Part shown: positions 1-10,903 of the stretch, piece after piece
Layout: each line of letters starts with the position of its first letter
Position numbering within the stretch: position 1 is the first letter of the stretch
DNA from: an uncultured Pseudomonadales bacterium
GTDB lineage: Bacteria > Patescibacteriota > Microgenomatia > UBA1400 > PJMF01
Reading direction: 5' to 3'
DNA: 64,000 nucleotides
NCBI GenBank assembly: GCA_964583795.1
Contig: CAZOWX010000005.1
Coordinates: forward strand, 861-64,860
The notes under the pieces: model-generated
What the model was told of the DNA's origin: nothing
Seen by the model: the letters and a program-made list of their open reading frames with translations, nothing else
Database searches by the model: none
Made by a program: the position numbers and the translations under genes

Positions 1-164
1 TCTTTGGCTTGAGTAGTTTTATATTTCCAAAAAAAATACCCCGCAACGGAAATACTCACAACTGTCACCATTACAAAAATCGGTAACACTACAACAACCA
101 GTTTTTTTGAACCGAGAAAAAACTTTCCAGATTGTAGAGCTGAACTGTGGTCGATAATTTTCAT
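1..164 (-). CDS. Partial N-terminally membrane-anchored protein (runs off left edge)
   Basis: Manual translation from ATG at 164: MKIIDHSSALQSGKFFLGSKKLVVVVLPIFVMVTVVSISVAGYFFWKYKTTQAK; one TM helix, open to the edge. Confidence 0.7.
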   Translation of the reverse strand, partial: MKIIDHSSALQSGKFFLGSKKLVVVVLPIFVMVTVVSISVAGYFFWKYKTTQAK

Positions 165-205
165 TCTGAAGTAGCCGTCGCTTTCAATCAAGTAGCTTTT
201 ATGCA

Positions 206-3052
206 ATGATAAAAAATGTGAAAAAACTTTTTATCAGAGCATTACTACTTTTATTAGTAATTAGTATCATTCCTATTTCGTTTGCGCAAGCAGCTGATTT
301 CTCAGCCGCTTCTATTCAGCTCAGCCGACTTGCCGAAAATGTTTCCCCAGGACCAATTCTGATTCAGGCAAAAACAGGTGTAGCAGATACTGAAGATGCT
401 GTTCAAGTCATTGTCGGAAGTGCTTGGTCAATCGACACAAGTGCTAGCGCCTTTTCAGTATCAACGGCGAACCTTCCTACTGGGATTATTGCCTGGCCAG
501 GGATAAATACAGCTTCCCAAGTAACGGGACAAACAATTATTTTTCCAAGCAATGATTTAACCCCCGGCATTACCTATGGCTTTTATATTACGGGAGGACT
601 TTTGACCAACCCCACTGCAGGAAATAATCCACAACATCTATGGCAGATGAAAACACAAGTTTCAGGGAGTGACTCAAGTATCGTAGAGATTGCAATTCCT
701 ACCATAGTGAATGATCAAATTTCTGTCACCGCTTCGGTAGCCGCTGACCCAAACTCATTACAATTAGCTTTCAGCGAAGACCAGGGAATAACTAGTGTCC
801 AAGAAAACCAAACGCTATCGTACACACTGACTTATGGTTCAACACTACCGTACAGTAGCGCCGTCACCCTTCGCGCGTCGTGGAGTACAGGGACACTGAG
901 TGATTCAAGTCAAAATGGAATTCCAATTGTATCGTATGTCTCAAACTCAGCCACTGATGCTTACAATAGTACCGCTCCAGTCATCGACCTCACCAATCGA
1001 ACTATTACTTGGTCTATCGTCGCACTTCCAAATAACACCACGAACCAAACTGTTCAGTTTCAGCTCAAGACCACAAGCGCATACACTGGCTCACTCGGCG
1101 TCAATTTTTCAACTACTGGTGAAATTGTCTCTCCAACCAATAAGTCAACTTCAATTCAACACACATACAATTATTCGACACCAGTCATCAGTGCGACTCC
1201 CACTCCGACTCACACTATTACCCCTACCAACACCACTACTCCATCAAATACCTCAATCGCTGCAACAGCCACACCACAACAATCGGTGCAGTTATTTCCA
1301 TGTGATCAAAGTTGCACTGAAAGCAGTGGCTGTGAAACTCAATTTTGTGATCCAGCATTACGACGCTGTAGGCTAAAAACAAATCCGAGTAGTACGCAGT
1401 GTCAACCAAGCACTCTGTCACTTGTAGCTATTCACCCGACACAACTGCGATCAGATGCAGCTACCTTTGACGTACAACTTAGCTCAGAGGCTTTTTTGCA
1501 ACTCTACTTGGGAACGTCCACGTCATCGACGAAACTATATCAGACACTTCCCGCTACAACATTTCATCATCTAGCACTCACTGAGTTAACACCTGAAACC
1601 CAATACTTTTTTTCTTTCATTGCTCAATCCAGTGATGGAAACACCTATCAATCAGAAGTTTTCTCCTTTACCACCACTGCAAAATCTCACAATGTTTCAC
1701 TCCCTGACCAAATTTTATTTTCTTCAACGGGTATTTTGATTGCGTCGGGGAATACTTCCAGCACGCCACTTTTTCATCTCCCTACCAATTTGCCAGTTGA
1801 AACAACACTGTTGTTTCCCGATAACAGCTTTATTGCTTCAATTGTGATTCACGGGAGCTCTCAAAGTAATCAGTCACTCTTTTTGGGCAAGTTATCCGCT
1901 TCAACTAGTCAAGCATACTCAAGTAATTTAATACTGCCGCCTTCAACAGGGATATACGAACTTTTCGCTCGAATACAAAACATCTATGGCTCATTTGAAG
2001 AGTTACGGATAGCAAATCTGAAACTAATAACTCCATTGACTATCACTGATGCAACATCACATAAACCAATCGAACGAGCTGAAATCTTTGTCAAAAAAAA
2101 ACATCCGGTCACGAACGTGTACGAACCCTTTTCCAATTTGAGCGTAAACCCCGTTTTTTCTAACCACATAGGACAAACGATGCTCTATCTGGGTGATGGA
2201 GAATACCAAATTGAAGTTTCTGCATCTGGATACAAGAAACAAGAACTAAGCTTTGTAATCCAATCGGATTCTCTATCGCAATATCCTCAGGTGGAACTTA
2301 TTCCCTCATCAATCATTTCTTTCGATACCGTTTGGTACCATACTACGTCACTAAAAATTATTGGTGAGAGACTTACCCAACTTTTGGACACATTGGCACA
2401 ATCTCCTGCAACTGTTCAAGTTATTGGCTTTAGCTCACTAACTATTTTTAGCATCTTATCAACTCTGAGTTTACTATCCAAAACACATGTGACGTGGAAA
2501 GGCATCAAAGCAGCTTGGGAATTTCATAAAAAGTTTCATTTTCCTTCTTTGTATCCACAACATTTCTTCACCTTTGGAAAAGTCATCGATGCAACAACGG
2601 GTAAATCAATTCCAGTTTCAGAGATTGTGATAACAAACCAAAAAACAGGAATCACCATTTGGACTGGGAAAACTGATCACATTGGCATCTTTAAGTTCAG
2701 TACAAATAAAAAAGTACCCATCCACCTCACTATTACGGCGCCTGGATACTTGCCACTTGAAAAAGTAGTTGTTCCGCAAGAACAAAAAGCTATTGCTTAT
2801 AACTTTAAACTTGAGAAACAACAAAAAATGCTTCCGACCATGAGACGTCAGGCTCTCTTTTTTATCAAGCAATTATCTGGAAGGTTGTTTGAACTGTTTC
2901 TAATCTTATCGTTTGTTACTGAGTTAGTTGCCTTTCAATATTTCCCTACAACTGAAGTGTTACCGTTCTTTTCCTTATCAACCGTCAATTTGGGTTTATG
3001 GCTCCAGCATGGATACTCTGCGTATCTGCACAGTACTCATTTGACCCAATAA
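206..3052 (+). CDS. Large secreted/membrane-anchored surface protein (Ig-like N-terminus, Thr/Pro linker, Cys-rich motif, FN3-like and carboxypeptidase-regulatory-like domains)
   Basis: 948 aa; signal peptide ending AQA; TPTPTHTITPT linker; CDQSCTESSGCETQFC..CR..C; LTPETQYFF FN3-type motif; GKVIDATTGKSIP and GEYQIEVSASGY; C-terminal TM segments. Confidence 0.8.
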   Translation: MIKNVKKLFIRALLLLLVISIIPISFAQAADFSAASIQLSRLAENVSPGPILIQAKTGVADTEDAVQVIVGSAWSIDTSASAFSVSTANLPTGIIAWPGINTASQVTGQTIIFPSNDLTPGITYGFYITGGLLTNPTAGNNPQHLWQMKTQVSGSDSSIVEIAIPTIVNDQISVTASVAADPNSLQLAFSEDQGITSVQENQTLSYTLTYGSTLPYSSAVTLRASWSTGTLSDSSQNGIPIVSYVSNSATDAYNSTAPVIDLTNRTITWSIVALPNNTTNQTVQFQLKTTSAYTGSLGVNFSTTGEIVSPTNKSTSIQHTYNYSTPVISATPTPTHTITPTNTTTPSNTSIAATATPQQSVQLFPCDQSCTESSGCETQFCDPALRRCRLKTNPSSTQCQPSTLSLVAIHPTQLRSDAATFDVQLSSEAFLQLYLGTSTSSTKLYQTLPATTFHHLALTELTPETQYFFSFIAQSSDGNTYQSEVFSFTTTAKSHNVSLPDQILFSSTGILIASGNTSSTPLFHLPTNLPVETTLLFPDNSFIASIVIHGSSQSNQSLFLGKLSASTSQAYSSNLILPPSTGIYELFARIQNIYGSFEELRIANLKLITPLTITDATSHKPIERAEIFVKKKHPVTNVYEPFSNLSVNPVFSNHIGQTMLYLGDGEYQIEVSASGYKKQELSFVIQSDSLSQYPQVELIPSSIISFDTVWYHTTSLKIIGERLTQLLDTLAQSPATVQVIGFSSLTIFSILSTLSLLSKTHVTWKGIKAAWEFHKKFHFPSLYPQHFFTFGKVIDATTGKSIPVSEIVITNQKTGITIWTGKTDHIGIFKFSTNKKVPIHLTITAPGYLPLEKVVVPQEQKAIAYNFKLEKQQKMLPTMRRQALFFIKQLSGRLFELFLILSFVTELVAFQYFPTTEVLPFFSLSTVNLGLWLQHGYSAYLHSTHLTQ

Positions 3053-3101
3053 CACACTACAACTCATACGAATCAAGGTACTCCTTCACAAAAGAATTCA
3101 A

Positions 3102-3728
3102 TTATTCAAAGTGAGCTTTGGCATTTTCACCTTTTTCCAATACTTTCGTCGTCTTTGACCATATGGAGTACTGCTCAATTCGCCATTGGTTTTTCGCATC
3201 CTTTCTTAAAAATTGGATCTGATTCTGCTTAAATCTTGGCGAAATTGCTACATCACCTTGAGTGATCTGTGTTGTATTTTGGCCATCAAACCAAAAAATC
3301 TGCCAGCTTCCTTGACTCCAACCTTGCCAAACTGATTGGCCCTTATGATTCACTTGAGGATCTTGGTTAATTGTTACTTCGTTTAACTGAAGCACTCGAG
3401 AAGTATTTGTTGAAAACTGATAGAGCACCACTTGTTGCACACCAGAGTCAAGGTTCTCCTCGATCCACACGGCAAAATCATCAACTCCAAACGGTTTAAA
3501 GTGATTTTGGTACCCAGCAGTCAGTTGTTTTTTTGTCCCATTTTCAATTAAAAAAATTTGCGAAAAATCATTTACCGATTCAACTTGCAATTTCAATATT
3601 TTATCTTGGTGAAAAACCTCAAATAGTTGCTCAGTAATAAATTTCCGTGTTTGAGCACTTACACCAATCAAAACCACCAAAAGCAGTACACTAACAGCAA
3701 AAATATTGCGTCTCTTCTTCATACTCAC
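3102..3728 (-). CDS. Membrane-anchored protein with TolB-like beta-propeller repeats
   Basis: 208 aa; N-terminal TM; repeats such as PQVNHKGQSVWQG..WQIFWFDGQNTTQIT. Confidence 0.65.
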   Translation of the reverse strand: MSMKKRRNIFAVSVLLLVVLIGVSAQTRKFITEQLFEVFHQDKILKLQVESVNDFSQIFLIENGTKKQLTAGYQNHFKPFGVDDFAVWIEENLDSGVQQVVLYQFSTNTSRVLQLNEVTINQDPQVNHKGQSVWQGWSQGSWQIFWFDGQNTTQITQGDVAISPRFKQNQIQFLRKDAKNQWRIEQYSIWSKTTKVLEKGENAKAHFE

Positions 3729-3781
3729 AGGATATATCCTAACAACAATACGGTGTCAATAATTTAGAGTTGCTCAGGTCA

Positions 3782-6700
3782 CTACCAAAATAGACCTTGC
3801 TCTGCTTCATCGGAAAAAAACTTGCCATGACGCATCAGATCACTCGTTACAGGCTTTGTCGTAAGAGTGGGACAGTACGTATAAGCAGTAAATACTGTTC
3901 CATCGCTTTCCACCACTCGAAAACTGTATCGTTTCGCTGAGGTCGAGTTTGTGCCAACAATGTGAAAATCGTACTCGATATCCTGCCCAACGGTCGCCGA
4001 GTTGGCATTTGTTGTGGTTGGATTTGACTTTGCATATTGTCCGGCAACATCGGAGTTCGATAATGCAGTCGTGATGGTCGTCCCATCGGTAACCGATGAT
4101 GTCGCAAACTCCCACGTTTGTGCAGCTCCAACATCAGTCCAAGAGCCAGTTGTGCAACTTCCATCGGTTCCAGCCTTAAACTGCAATTTAAACTGCTGAC
4201 TGGTAGCACTCAGATTATTTGTGCCAATTGTGATATTGATCCTCAGTCTCAGCTCATCAGTAGTACTGGGAGGGTTATTTGTACTCGGGAGTGGTGATAA
4301 CGTCGCATTCTCAGCTAGATCAGGATTTCCCCATACATCAGTCGGATTTGTACCATCATTATCGGAATACCACCGATAATAGTTCTGCGTAAAGGTAGGA
4401 ACAGCTGCAATAGTTGCTTGGGCATAAACAGTATAGGTATTCGTGTTGGTAAGTCTAAAACAATAATTTGCTCCATCAGTTGCATTTGTCGTGGCTTGCA
4501 AAGAAAATTCGATCTCAGTAAATTGGTTGTTTACTAAAGTAATACTTCCTGTCGTATTGCCTGTATCTTTTGTTTCACCAGCCACAAAAGTACTCGACTC
4601 ATCGGTCAAACTCCCAGTAAAATTGGTTGTTGCGCTTCCATCTGTAAGATAAGTGGACCCCACGATCTGCCATGCACCACTTGAATCTGTTGGCACTGCC
4701 GCAAACGTCCCTGAGCTACAAGTTGATGCCTGTGCTACTTGCAATTGGTGGGTTGCACCACCATCACTGGCAGATCCTTCGTTAGAAAGCTCTAATCGCA
4801 GTCTGTAGTTGGTTGTTTTGGGAAAACTAGTGAACACCGTATCCTCAGCTTTCGCCCAAGTGGCACCGGTCCCACCACTAATAGGGTCACTGTCATAGAC
4901 ACCAGCATCATCAAAGAAAATGTCATCACCGATTGTTTCCCAATTGACAATCTGAACTATACCAAAACGAGCTATGGAAGGAGTATTTGCTAAACCACTT
5001 GTTCCAGACGAAGTATCAGTAACTGACGCCTGACTAGTACCATCCAACCACCACTCAACAACCGGATTTGTTCCTGACTTATCAATCATGAGCGTTACTT
5101 GATACCAACTCCCTTCGGTTAAAGTGATCTCACTGCCAGTCAAAGTGTTTGTTCCACTTTTGGTTTGATATGCCAATCGCAAAGATGGTCCACCAGTGGG
5201 CCCCGCGCCAATAATTAACCAAGCTTGCTCACCGGAAGCGCTAAAAATCGCCAAAAGAGCCTTTGACCCTGCAACTTCGTATCCAGACGCAATGGTAGAG
5301 CTAATATTGACCCAAGTATGAAGATATACTTTGTTAGTAGTTGTCGAAAAAGTAAAGTTGTCTTGAGCATAGGATTCATCCATACAATCAGTTACTGTAC
5401 AGGCAGCATGAAAAAGAGCTCCATACGTTCCATTTTTTTTGTATGAGGCGCCTGTAAACTGAGAACCACTCCCAAACGTACTTGTGGCATCCCAAGCACT
5501 AAAATCATTACTCTCAAATCCATCACTAAATAAAGGCGTGGGAGCATCTGGAGATGTTTGATCTCCATTATCATTGCGCCATCGATAATGAATCTGCTGC
5601 ACGTCAATTGTGCCAATCGACCAAGCAGGTGTAAGTGTATAGTCGGTTAACACAAGTCCGTTAGCAGTAATCCGAAACTGGTAAGTATCACCAGTAGTTG
5701 CCTGACTAGTAGCCGTCATACACCATTCCATCTCAGTATATTGTGAATCGTTAATATCTATCGTATCGGCTGGATTTTCATCATCCATCATCCGTCCGGC
5801 AATAAACGTGGGACTACCAGTAGGTGCAGTCAGTTGTGCAGTAGTAGCATCTCCTGAAGCCGTAATGTATGTTGAAGTTGCTAACTGGATAGGTGCATCA
5901 ACTTGCCTCAGACGTAAAATAATCGAAGCTCCACCGGGAGCAGTTGCTGAGTTAGCAGATGAAGTCATCGTAAATGTGGGGGCAGTTGAAGCTGTGCCAC
6001 TACTCACGGCGTGATCCGACATTACCAACTCCATGTCATCACCACCTGTCGAAGCTGTCTCAACTCGCTCAGCTTGAGTACCCATTGTCAAACCTGTAGC
6101 CGTGATCGCTTGTGCACTGTAGTTGTATAAATCAGTATTAACGGCACTAACAACTACCACCATATCTCCAGCGGTGATACCTGGGTCTGCTGCTCCAGTA
6201 ACTGACCAAGTATTGCTACTACCTGTATTATCACTTCCATTTGTCGCGGCTAAATCCCATTTTTTTCCATTCCCTTTGGTATATCTGACAATCTGACCTT
6301 CAGAACCATTGGCAGTAGGCACATCAACGCTAAAGACAACGCTGTCTTCCCATCCTTCAGCCTCTCTAACATATACCGAGGCATAGATTAAACCTGTATC
6401 TAACCCTGTGGTTCCAATACCACCTGAAGCTCGGTAATTAGTGACAGCAGTCCACCCAGTTGGGGTAGTAGGCCCATTGGTCGGGTACTTATTGGCGATA
6501 CCCATCACCAACAAGTCTCCTTGATTTACTGTAGCTGGTGCAGTGATCTGAAGCACTGTAGTTTGATTACCTGAAGCCGTTCCAACTGAACTATATGCAA
6601 TCGAGCCACTTGGTGCTTGTACGGGCCGATAGACAGTGTCACTTGATAATTTGTATTCTACTTGGTACTGGGTTGTTGCTTGGTTACCAGCTGACGTATC

Positions 6701-7603
6701 ATTTAATATCGTACGAAGACGAGTATTGGTTGCGGTTGAACGAGCTATGTTTGTGTCTTGATTCGCCAGCCATGTCGCAGCATCCTCATCTCCATCATCG
6801 CTGCGCCATCGGAAGCCTTCTTGCTCAACAGTATTTGTAACAACATCTATCTTGACATAATCAACACTAATCACAACTGCTGCCACTGACTCTGACACAG
6901 CCCACGTGATAATTCCATTAGCATCAATATAGTTGGCAAAATTTACCCCAGTTAAACTTCTTGTAAAACTAGTTTCGGTACTAGCAGTAATACTTTGTAC
7001 TGTACCTAACCTAATCCAAGCAATATCATTTATTGCTGCTGTAGTATCGTCTTTAACATAGATGCTAAAATTAGCTGTTGAAGTCGTGTATCCTTCAAAA
7101 GTAAAATCTATCTGAGCAATATCTGCAGGATCTTCTGTAATGTCCATTTCGAAATAATTTAAAATGAAGTCACCAGTCCCTGGATTTGCTGAAGCAAATC
7201 GTGAATTGTCTGAAGCTGAGAGTGCTGTATAGTTTGCATCCACATTTTCGGTGTGAGTATTGACATTAGCAGCAGTATTTGCAAACGGGAATATATCAAC
7301 ATCATCAGCAGATGCCCACCAACTTGTACTGGTATCACAGGTGTTTCCTCCCGCACAAGCTGAAAAGTCATATGAAGTTGTCAGTGCTTTGGCTTGTGAT
7401 ACTACCTTTGGCGCATTCTGAGTAACGAATTCCTTCGACCCATTGATGATGTTTGCTTGTTTCGCCAAATTTATCGACAAAAGCATTAAACCATCAATTG
7501 GAAAACCTGAAAAAAAAATCATCACCATCAAAAAAATAGCGATCGATCTTCCGCAGTGCCTTTTTATTTTTGTCGACAAATGAAGTGAGAATATTTCTGA
7601 CAT
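3782..7603 (-). CDS. Very large modular secreted adhesin-like protein
   Basis: 1273 aa, Thr/Ser/Gly-rich; three copies of a QxxxRWxxDxG..RLR..E(W/F/Y)..YxFR module; ConA/LamG-like FSDGFES..FFDD insert. Confidence 0.8.
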   Translation of the reverse strand: MSEIFSLHLSTKIKRHCGRSIAIFLMVMIFFSGFPIDGLMLLSINLAKQANIINGSKEFVTQNAPKVVSQAKALTTSYDFSACAGGNTCDTSTSWWASADDVDIFPFANTAANVNTHTENVDANYTALSASDNSRFASANPGTGDFILNYFEMDITEDPADIAQIDFTFEGYTTSTANFSIYVKDDTTAAINDIAWIRLGTVQSITASTETSFTRSLTGVNFANYIDANGIITWAVSESVAAVVISVDYVKIDVVTNTVEQEGFRWRSDDGDEDAATWLANQDTNIARSTATNTRLRTILNDTSAGNQATTQYQVEYKLSSDTVYRPVQAPSGSIAYSSVGTASGNQTTVLQITAPATVNQGDLLVMGIANKYPTNGPTTPTGWTAVTNYRASGGIGTTGLDTGLIYASVYVREAEGWEDSVVFSVDVPTANGSEGQIVRYTKGNGKKWDLAATNGSDNTGSSNTWSVTGAADPGITAGDMVVVVSAVNTDLYNYSAQAITATGLTMGTQAERVETASTGGDDMELVMSDHAVSSGTASTAPTFTMTSSANSATAPGGASIILRLRQVDAPIQLATSTYITASGDATTAQLTAPTGSPTFIAGRMMDDENPADTIDINDSQYTEMEWCMTATSQATTGDTYQFRITANGLVLTDYTLTPAWSIGTIDVQQIHYRWRNDNGDQTSPDAPTPLFSDGFESNDFSAWDATSTFGSGSQFTGASYKKNGTYGALFHAACTVTDCMDESYAQDNFTFSTTTNKVYLHTWVNISSTIASGYEVAGSKALLAIFSASGEQAWLIIGAGPTGGPSLRLAYQTKSGTNTLTGSEITLTEGSWYQVTLMIDKSGTNPVVEWWLDGTSQASVTDTSSGTSGLANTPSIARFGIVQIVNWETIGDDIFFDDAGVYDSDPISGGTGATWAKAEDTVFTSFPKTTNYRLRLELSNEGSASDGGATHQLQVAQASTCSSGTFAAVPTDSSGAWQIVGSTYLTDGSATTNFTGSLTDESSTFVAGETKDTGNTTGSITLVNNQFTEIEFSLQATTNATDGANYCFRLTNTNTYTVYAQATIAAVPTFTQNYYRWYSDNDGTNPTDVWGNPDLAENATLSPLPSTNNPPSTTDELRLRINITIGTNNLSATSQQFKLQFKAGTDGSCTTGSWTDVGAAQTWEFATSSVTDGTTITTALSNSDVAGQYAKSNPTTTNANSATVGQDIEYDFHIVGTNSTSAKRYSFRVVESDGTVFTAYTYCPTLTTKPVTSDLMRHGKFFSDEAEQGLFW

Positions 7604-7605
7604 AG

Positions 7606-9609
7606 TTAGTTATTACTCAAATAATTCAAATTCATCTCTCCAACTTGGACGCTGTCTCCCCCCGTGTCAGCTGTCAACACCAAACGCACTGTCAAATAAG
7701 ATCCCGGTGTATAAGTACCGGCAAAACTGGCCTCAACGGCAGTTTGCGTCCAAGTCGTGCCTGCTACTTGAGTTCCACCTGCATTTTCCAGTACCCCCGC
7801 CGTGTCATACACATACACACTGACTGCATTGTTGGTCGCATCAGTGCGCTTTGCATACACTTGAATCGGATTACTATCCCAAGCTGCAAAATTATCTGGC
7901 ACCCGCCAGCGTACCCAAATATCATAGTCTTGAGCAGACCCTTGTGACGTGGTCCAACTATAATAGTTATGAATATCACCAGAGGTGTTACACACAGATG
8001 TGTTGGTATCAGGAACATCAGCGCTTGCTCCCTGTTCACAAAAATCAGTGGTCATTGTTCCCGAGTTGCTTCCCCCATCTGCAGTTAACGTCGCTCCAGG
8101 ATATTCTGGAGAAAGTGTCTGTTTTCTTGCCGGCCGAGCTGTACCAGCATAGAGTGGACCACTTGACTCGTCAAACGTATAGGTATTTCCACCTCCTCCT
8201 AATACTACCGAGTCATTGGCATCAATGGTCAGTACTCCATCAGAAGTCACACTATCTGAATTCACCGCCAACGAGCCTGAGGTAATGGTTGCTCCTCCTG
8301 CTGTAACTGCGATTCCTCCTGAAGTAACTGAGAGGGCATCAGCAAGGGTCAATCCTCCGGTACCAGAGAAATCTGTTCCGGATGCACCAACATTGGCAAT
8401 GATTAAGTTGGCCATGTCAATACCAGTTGTGAAACCACCGCCGGCATTGACAAACTTAATTCCAGTTTCTACTGCTTCATTGGTATCAGCGTTGTTAATC
8501 ACCAAAATAGATTCTGTTGTGCCAGTCGCCCCCCCATCATTCGCATTATTAAGTTCTAATAATGATTGACTGGTGATATCCACCACAGCATCATTCGTCA
8601 TTGTCATTGATAGTCCAGTAAAACCAGCCGCAGTTACTGCCGTGTTCCAGTCCAAGGTTTGAACTGTTTCTGCCATAGCAACTGAACCATTGCCAGAGGG
8701 ATCACCAATAGTATCCCAGGCCGTAGTTCCACCTGCCCCAATACAGTCAGTCCATCCGGCATTTTGATAACAGCGGAACTTATTATCAAAGGTGTTGTAG
8801 TACATATTTCCCTCCACATTCAAAACGGGATCACCTGTCGTGGTTTTGACCGGAAAACGGACCACACCAGCTCCATCAGTTTCATCAGTAGCAAAAATCA
8901 AAGTGCCATCAGTTCCGTTCGTAATCGACTCGGCATTTTCAAATGAGAGACCTGTGTTACCTATCGTTTTATTCGTCAGCGTTTCACTGCCAGCTAGAGT
9001 AGCAAGCGTTCCTGTGGTTGGCAAAGTCACATTGGTTGTTCCTGTCGTAGTCAGAGTTAGTGCGTTAGCTCCACTAGTGGAAAAATCCGCTACAAACGTT
9101 AAAGTACTCCCATCTGCAACTTTTAAAATTCCAGTAGTATCAGCACCGCCAGCTGAATCTTGCACAGTGAGCCCAGAAACTGTTTTAGCGTTGAAGGCAT
9201 ATGGGACTGCTGTGAGTCTGATACGAGGATCCATTTCACCATCACCATTGAAGTTCACTCCTAAGTACCAAGTGTCAGCATTAAAGTCGAAACTGGAGAG
9301 GTTTGAGTGTGTACCTAACTCAACTTGAAACACACCATCGGTGACTGTCACTTGAGAAGTGCCCACATTCCAAGTTTCAGTCCATGTTGCGCTTCCAGCT
9401 GAGGCAACGTTATAAATAGAAAAAACAAAATCGTAGCTTCCATTTGTAACATTGGTTCCGTTGGAGTTGACTACTTTTCCCTGAAAATTAATTGTTTCCC
9501 GAATTCCCTCTGCTGCTTTTACTGGAAAGGCAAATTGGTACCACAACAAAACCCACAGAAGGGCTGCGCTCCCAATACCAACAAAGAGTCTGCTGACTCG
9601 ATTACTCAT
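7606..9609 (-). CDS. Secreted fibre/adhesin-like protein
   Basis: Likely start MSNRVSRLF at 9609; signal/TM, then INFQGKVVN..Y.F.F.IY..W.E..DGVFQVELG..EMDPRIRLTAVPYAFNA N-terminal fibre-type domain; Gly/Thr-rich stalk. Confidence 0.75.
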   Translation of the reverse strand: MSNRVSRLFVGIGSAALLWVLLWYQFAFPVKAAEGIRETINFQGKVVNSNGTNVTNGSYDFVFSIYNVASAGSATWTETWNVGTSQVTVTDGVFQVELGTHSNLSSFDFNADTWYLGVNFNGDGEMDPRIRLTAVPYAFNAKTVSGLTVQDSAGGADTTGILKVADGSTLTFVADFSTSGANALTLTTTGTTNVTLPTTGTLATLAGSETLTNKTIGNTGLSFENAESITNGTDGTLIFATDETDGAGVVRFPVKTTTGDPVLNVEGNMYYNTFDNKFRCYQNAGWTDCIGAGGTTAWDTIGDPSGNGSVAMAETVQTLDWNTAVTAAGFTGLSMTMTNDAVVDITSQSLLELNNANDGGATGTTESILVINNADTNEAVETGIKFVNAGGGFTTGIDMANLIIANVGASGTDFSGTGGLTLADALSVTSGGIAVTAGGATITSGSLAVNSDSVTSDGVLTIDANDSVVLGGGGNTYTFDESSGPLYAGTARPARKQTLSPEYPGATLTADGGSNSGTMTTDFCEQGASADVPDTNTSVCNTSGDIHNYYSWTTSQGSAQDYDIWVRWRVPDNFAAWDSNPIQVYAKRTDATNNAVSVYVYDTAGVLENAGGTQVAGTTWTQTAVEASFAGTYTPGSYLTVRLVLTADTGGDSVQVGEMNLNYLSNN

Positions 9610-9817
9610 ATGTCTGGTATTCACTGTAGCAAAAAGTCGAGTAGTGTGATATGCGAACAAGACACGAAGGTGTAAAAATATCTGCACAACAAAGTCATTT
9701 TTTCAAACACAATAACAAGTGAATTGTCACTTCAAATAAAATACTTTATTCAAGTGCTAAAAAAATTGACCGCGTTATCAGTGAAAATCAAATCGTTTCG
9801 AAATTCCTTTTTGCTGA

Positions 9818-10903
9818 TCAAAAGGTCCCTACTGCTACTAAAGTGAGCGTTTCTGCATAATCATTTGCAGCTGGAGTAATATTTTTTATCTTTGCCTTAA
9901 TTAGAGCTGAGCCTCGACCACCGGTAATTGGGGAAGAGCTCGAGTTAAACAACTCTTGAAACACCGTACTGATTTGACCCACAGTATCACTCGTCCCATT
10001 AAACGGTGATACTGGAGCGAATGGCCCACCACTTGTTTCAGCAACACTGCCTGAGCGAATCCCAAAACCTTCACTCAATGCACTAAGATCACCCGTCACT
10101 GAAGAAATCGTATGACTCACCGCTGTACTATACAAACCCGCACTGTCACCAAGAATAAACACTTGTCCTCCACCCGTAGCATTTGTTGATAAGTCAACCC
10201 AAATTCGCTCGGAAGCTGTTGTAACACTGCCTGGGGTCAGCGTCCCCAAAGAAAGACTATACGGCGCAGCTGACTCACTATCTGATGACGATACATCAAT
10301 ATCGAAACTGAGCGTTGAGTTCGCAGTGGCCACACTGGCCGTTGGTCCCCAAGGTCCTTCAGTATAATCACCTCTCTCAGCTTTAACCTTGAAATAGTAC
10401 GTGGTACCTGGGTCCAATCCTATGACAAACTCACCTGACGCTCCCCCCCAATCCGCATACGCTTGCCAATCTTCTATTCCTAACGTTGCACCAACCGTGT
10501 TATCAGATTGAACATACTGTGTGGTAGAAAAATTGTCGTCGGAAATAGCAATGGCATACGTTGTGTTGGAAGGATTGCTGGCAGTATTGACTACAACGTT
10601 CAATTTATTGTAGTAATTGCTCGCATTCGTCACTGTTGGAGCTGTGGGAGTATTAGCAAACTGGGTATACAAAAGCCCAGGCCAGGCATTGAAGTTGGTC
10701 CCCGTTAAAGCTGTTGAGCTGGTTTCGCCCAACACATACTCACCTTTATAATTTCCAGATGCTCCAGTGGTTTCTCCCCCCGCACCAAAACCAAATCCGT
10801 CAAGTTTATAATTCGTACTGGCTGGAAGAGTCAACAACATCAAACACACAGTTGTTGCAACTTTGTCTTTCAGCTGAAATAAAAGTTTTCGAAACATGTT
10901 CAC
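9818..10903 (-). CDS. Secreted FN3-domain protein with WxL-like C-terminal domain
   Basis: GLDPGTTYYFKVKA FN3 motif; C-terminus TPAANDYAETLTLVAVGTF resembles the last strand of WxL domains. Confidence 0.65.
   Translation of the reverse strand: MNMFRKLLFQLKDKVATTVCLMLLTLPASTNYKLDGFGFGAGGETTGASGNYKGEYVLGETSSTALTGTNFNAWPGLLYTQFANTPTAPTVTNASNYYNKLNVVVNTASNPSNTTYAIAISDDNFSTTQYVQSDNTVGATLGIEDWQAYADWGGASGEFVIGLDPGTTYYFKVKAERGDYTEGPWGPTASVATANSTLSFDIDVSSSDSESAAPYSLSLGTLTPGSVTTASERIWVDLSTNATGGGQVFILGDSAGLYSTAVSHTISSVTGDLSALSEGFGIRSGSVAETSGGPFAPVSPFNGTSDTVGQISTVFQELFNSSSSPITGGRGSALIKAKIKNITPAANDYAETLTLVAVGTF

Noticed and set aside
7606-9687. Prophage tail fibre
   Set aside because: Has a signal/TM segment, lies in a surface-protein cluster, and no phage genes are nearby
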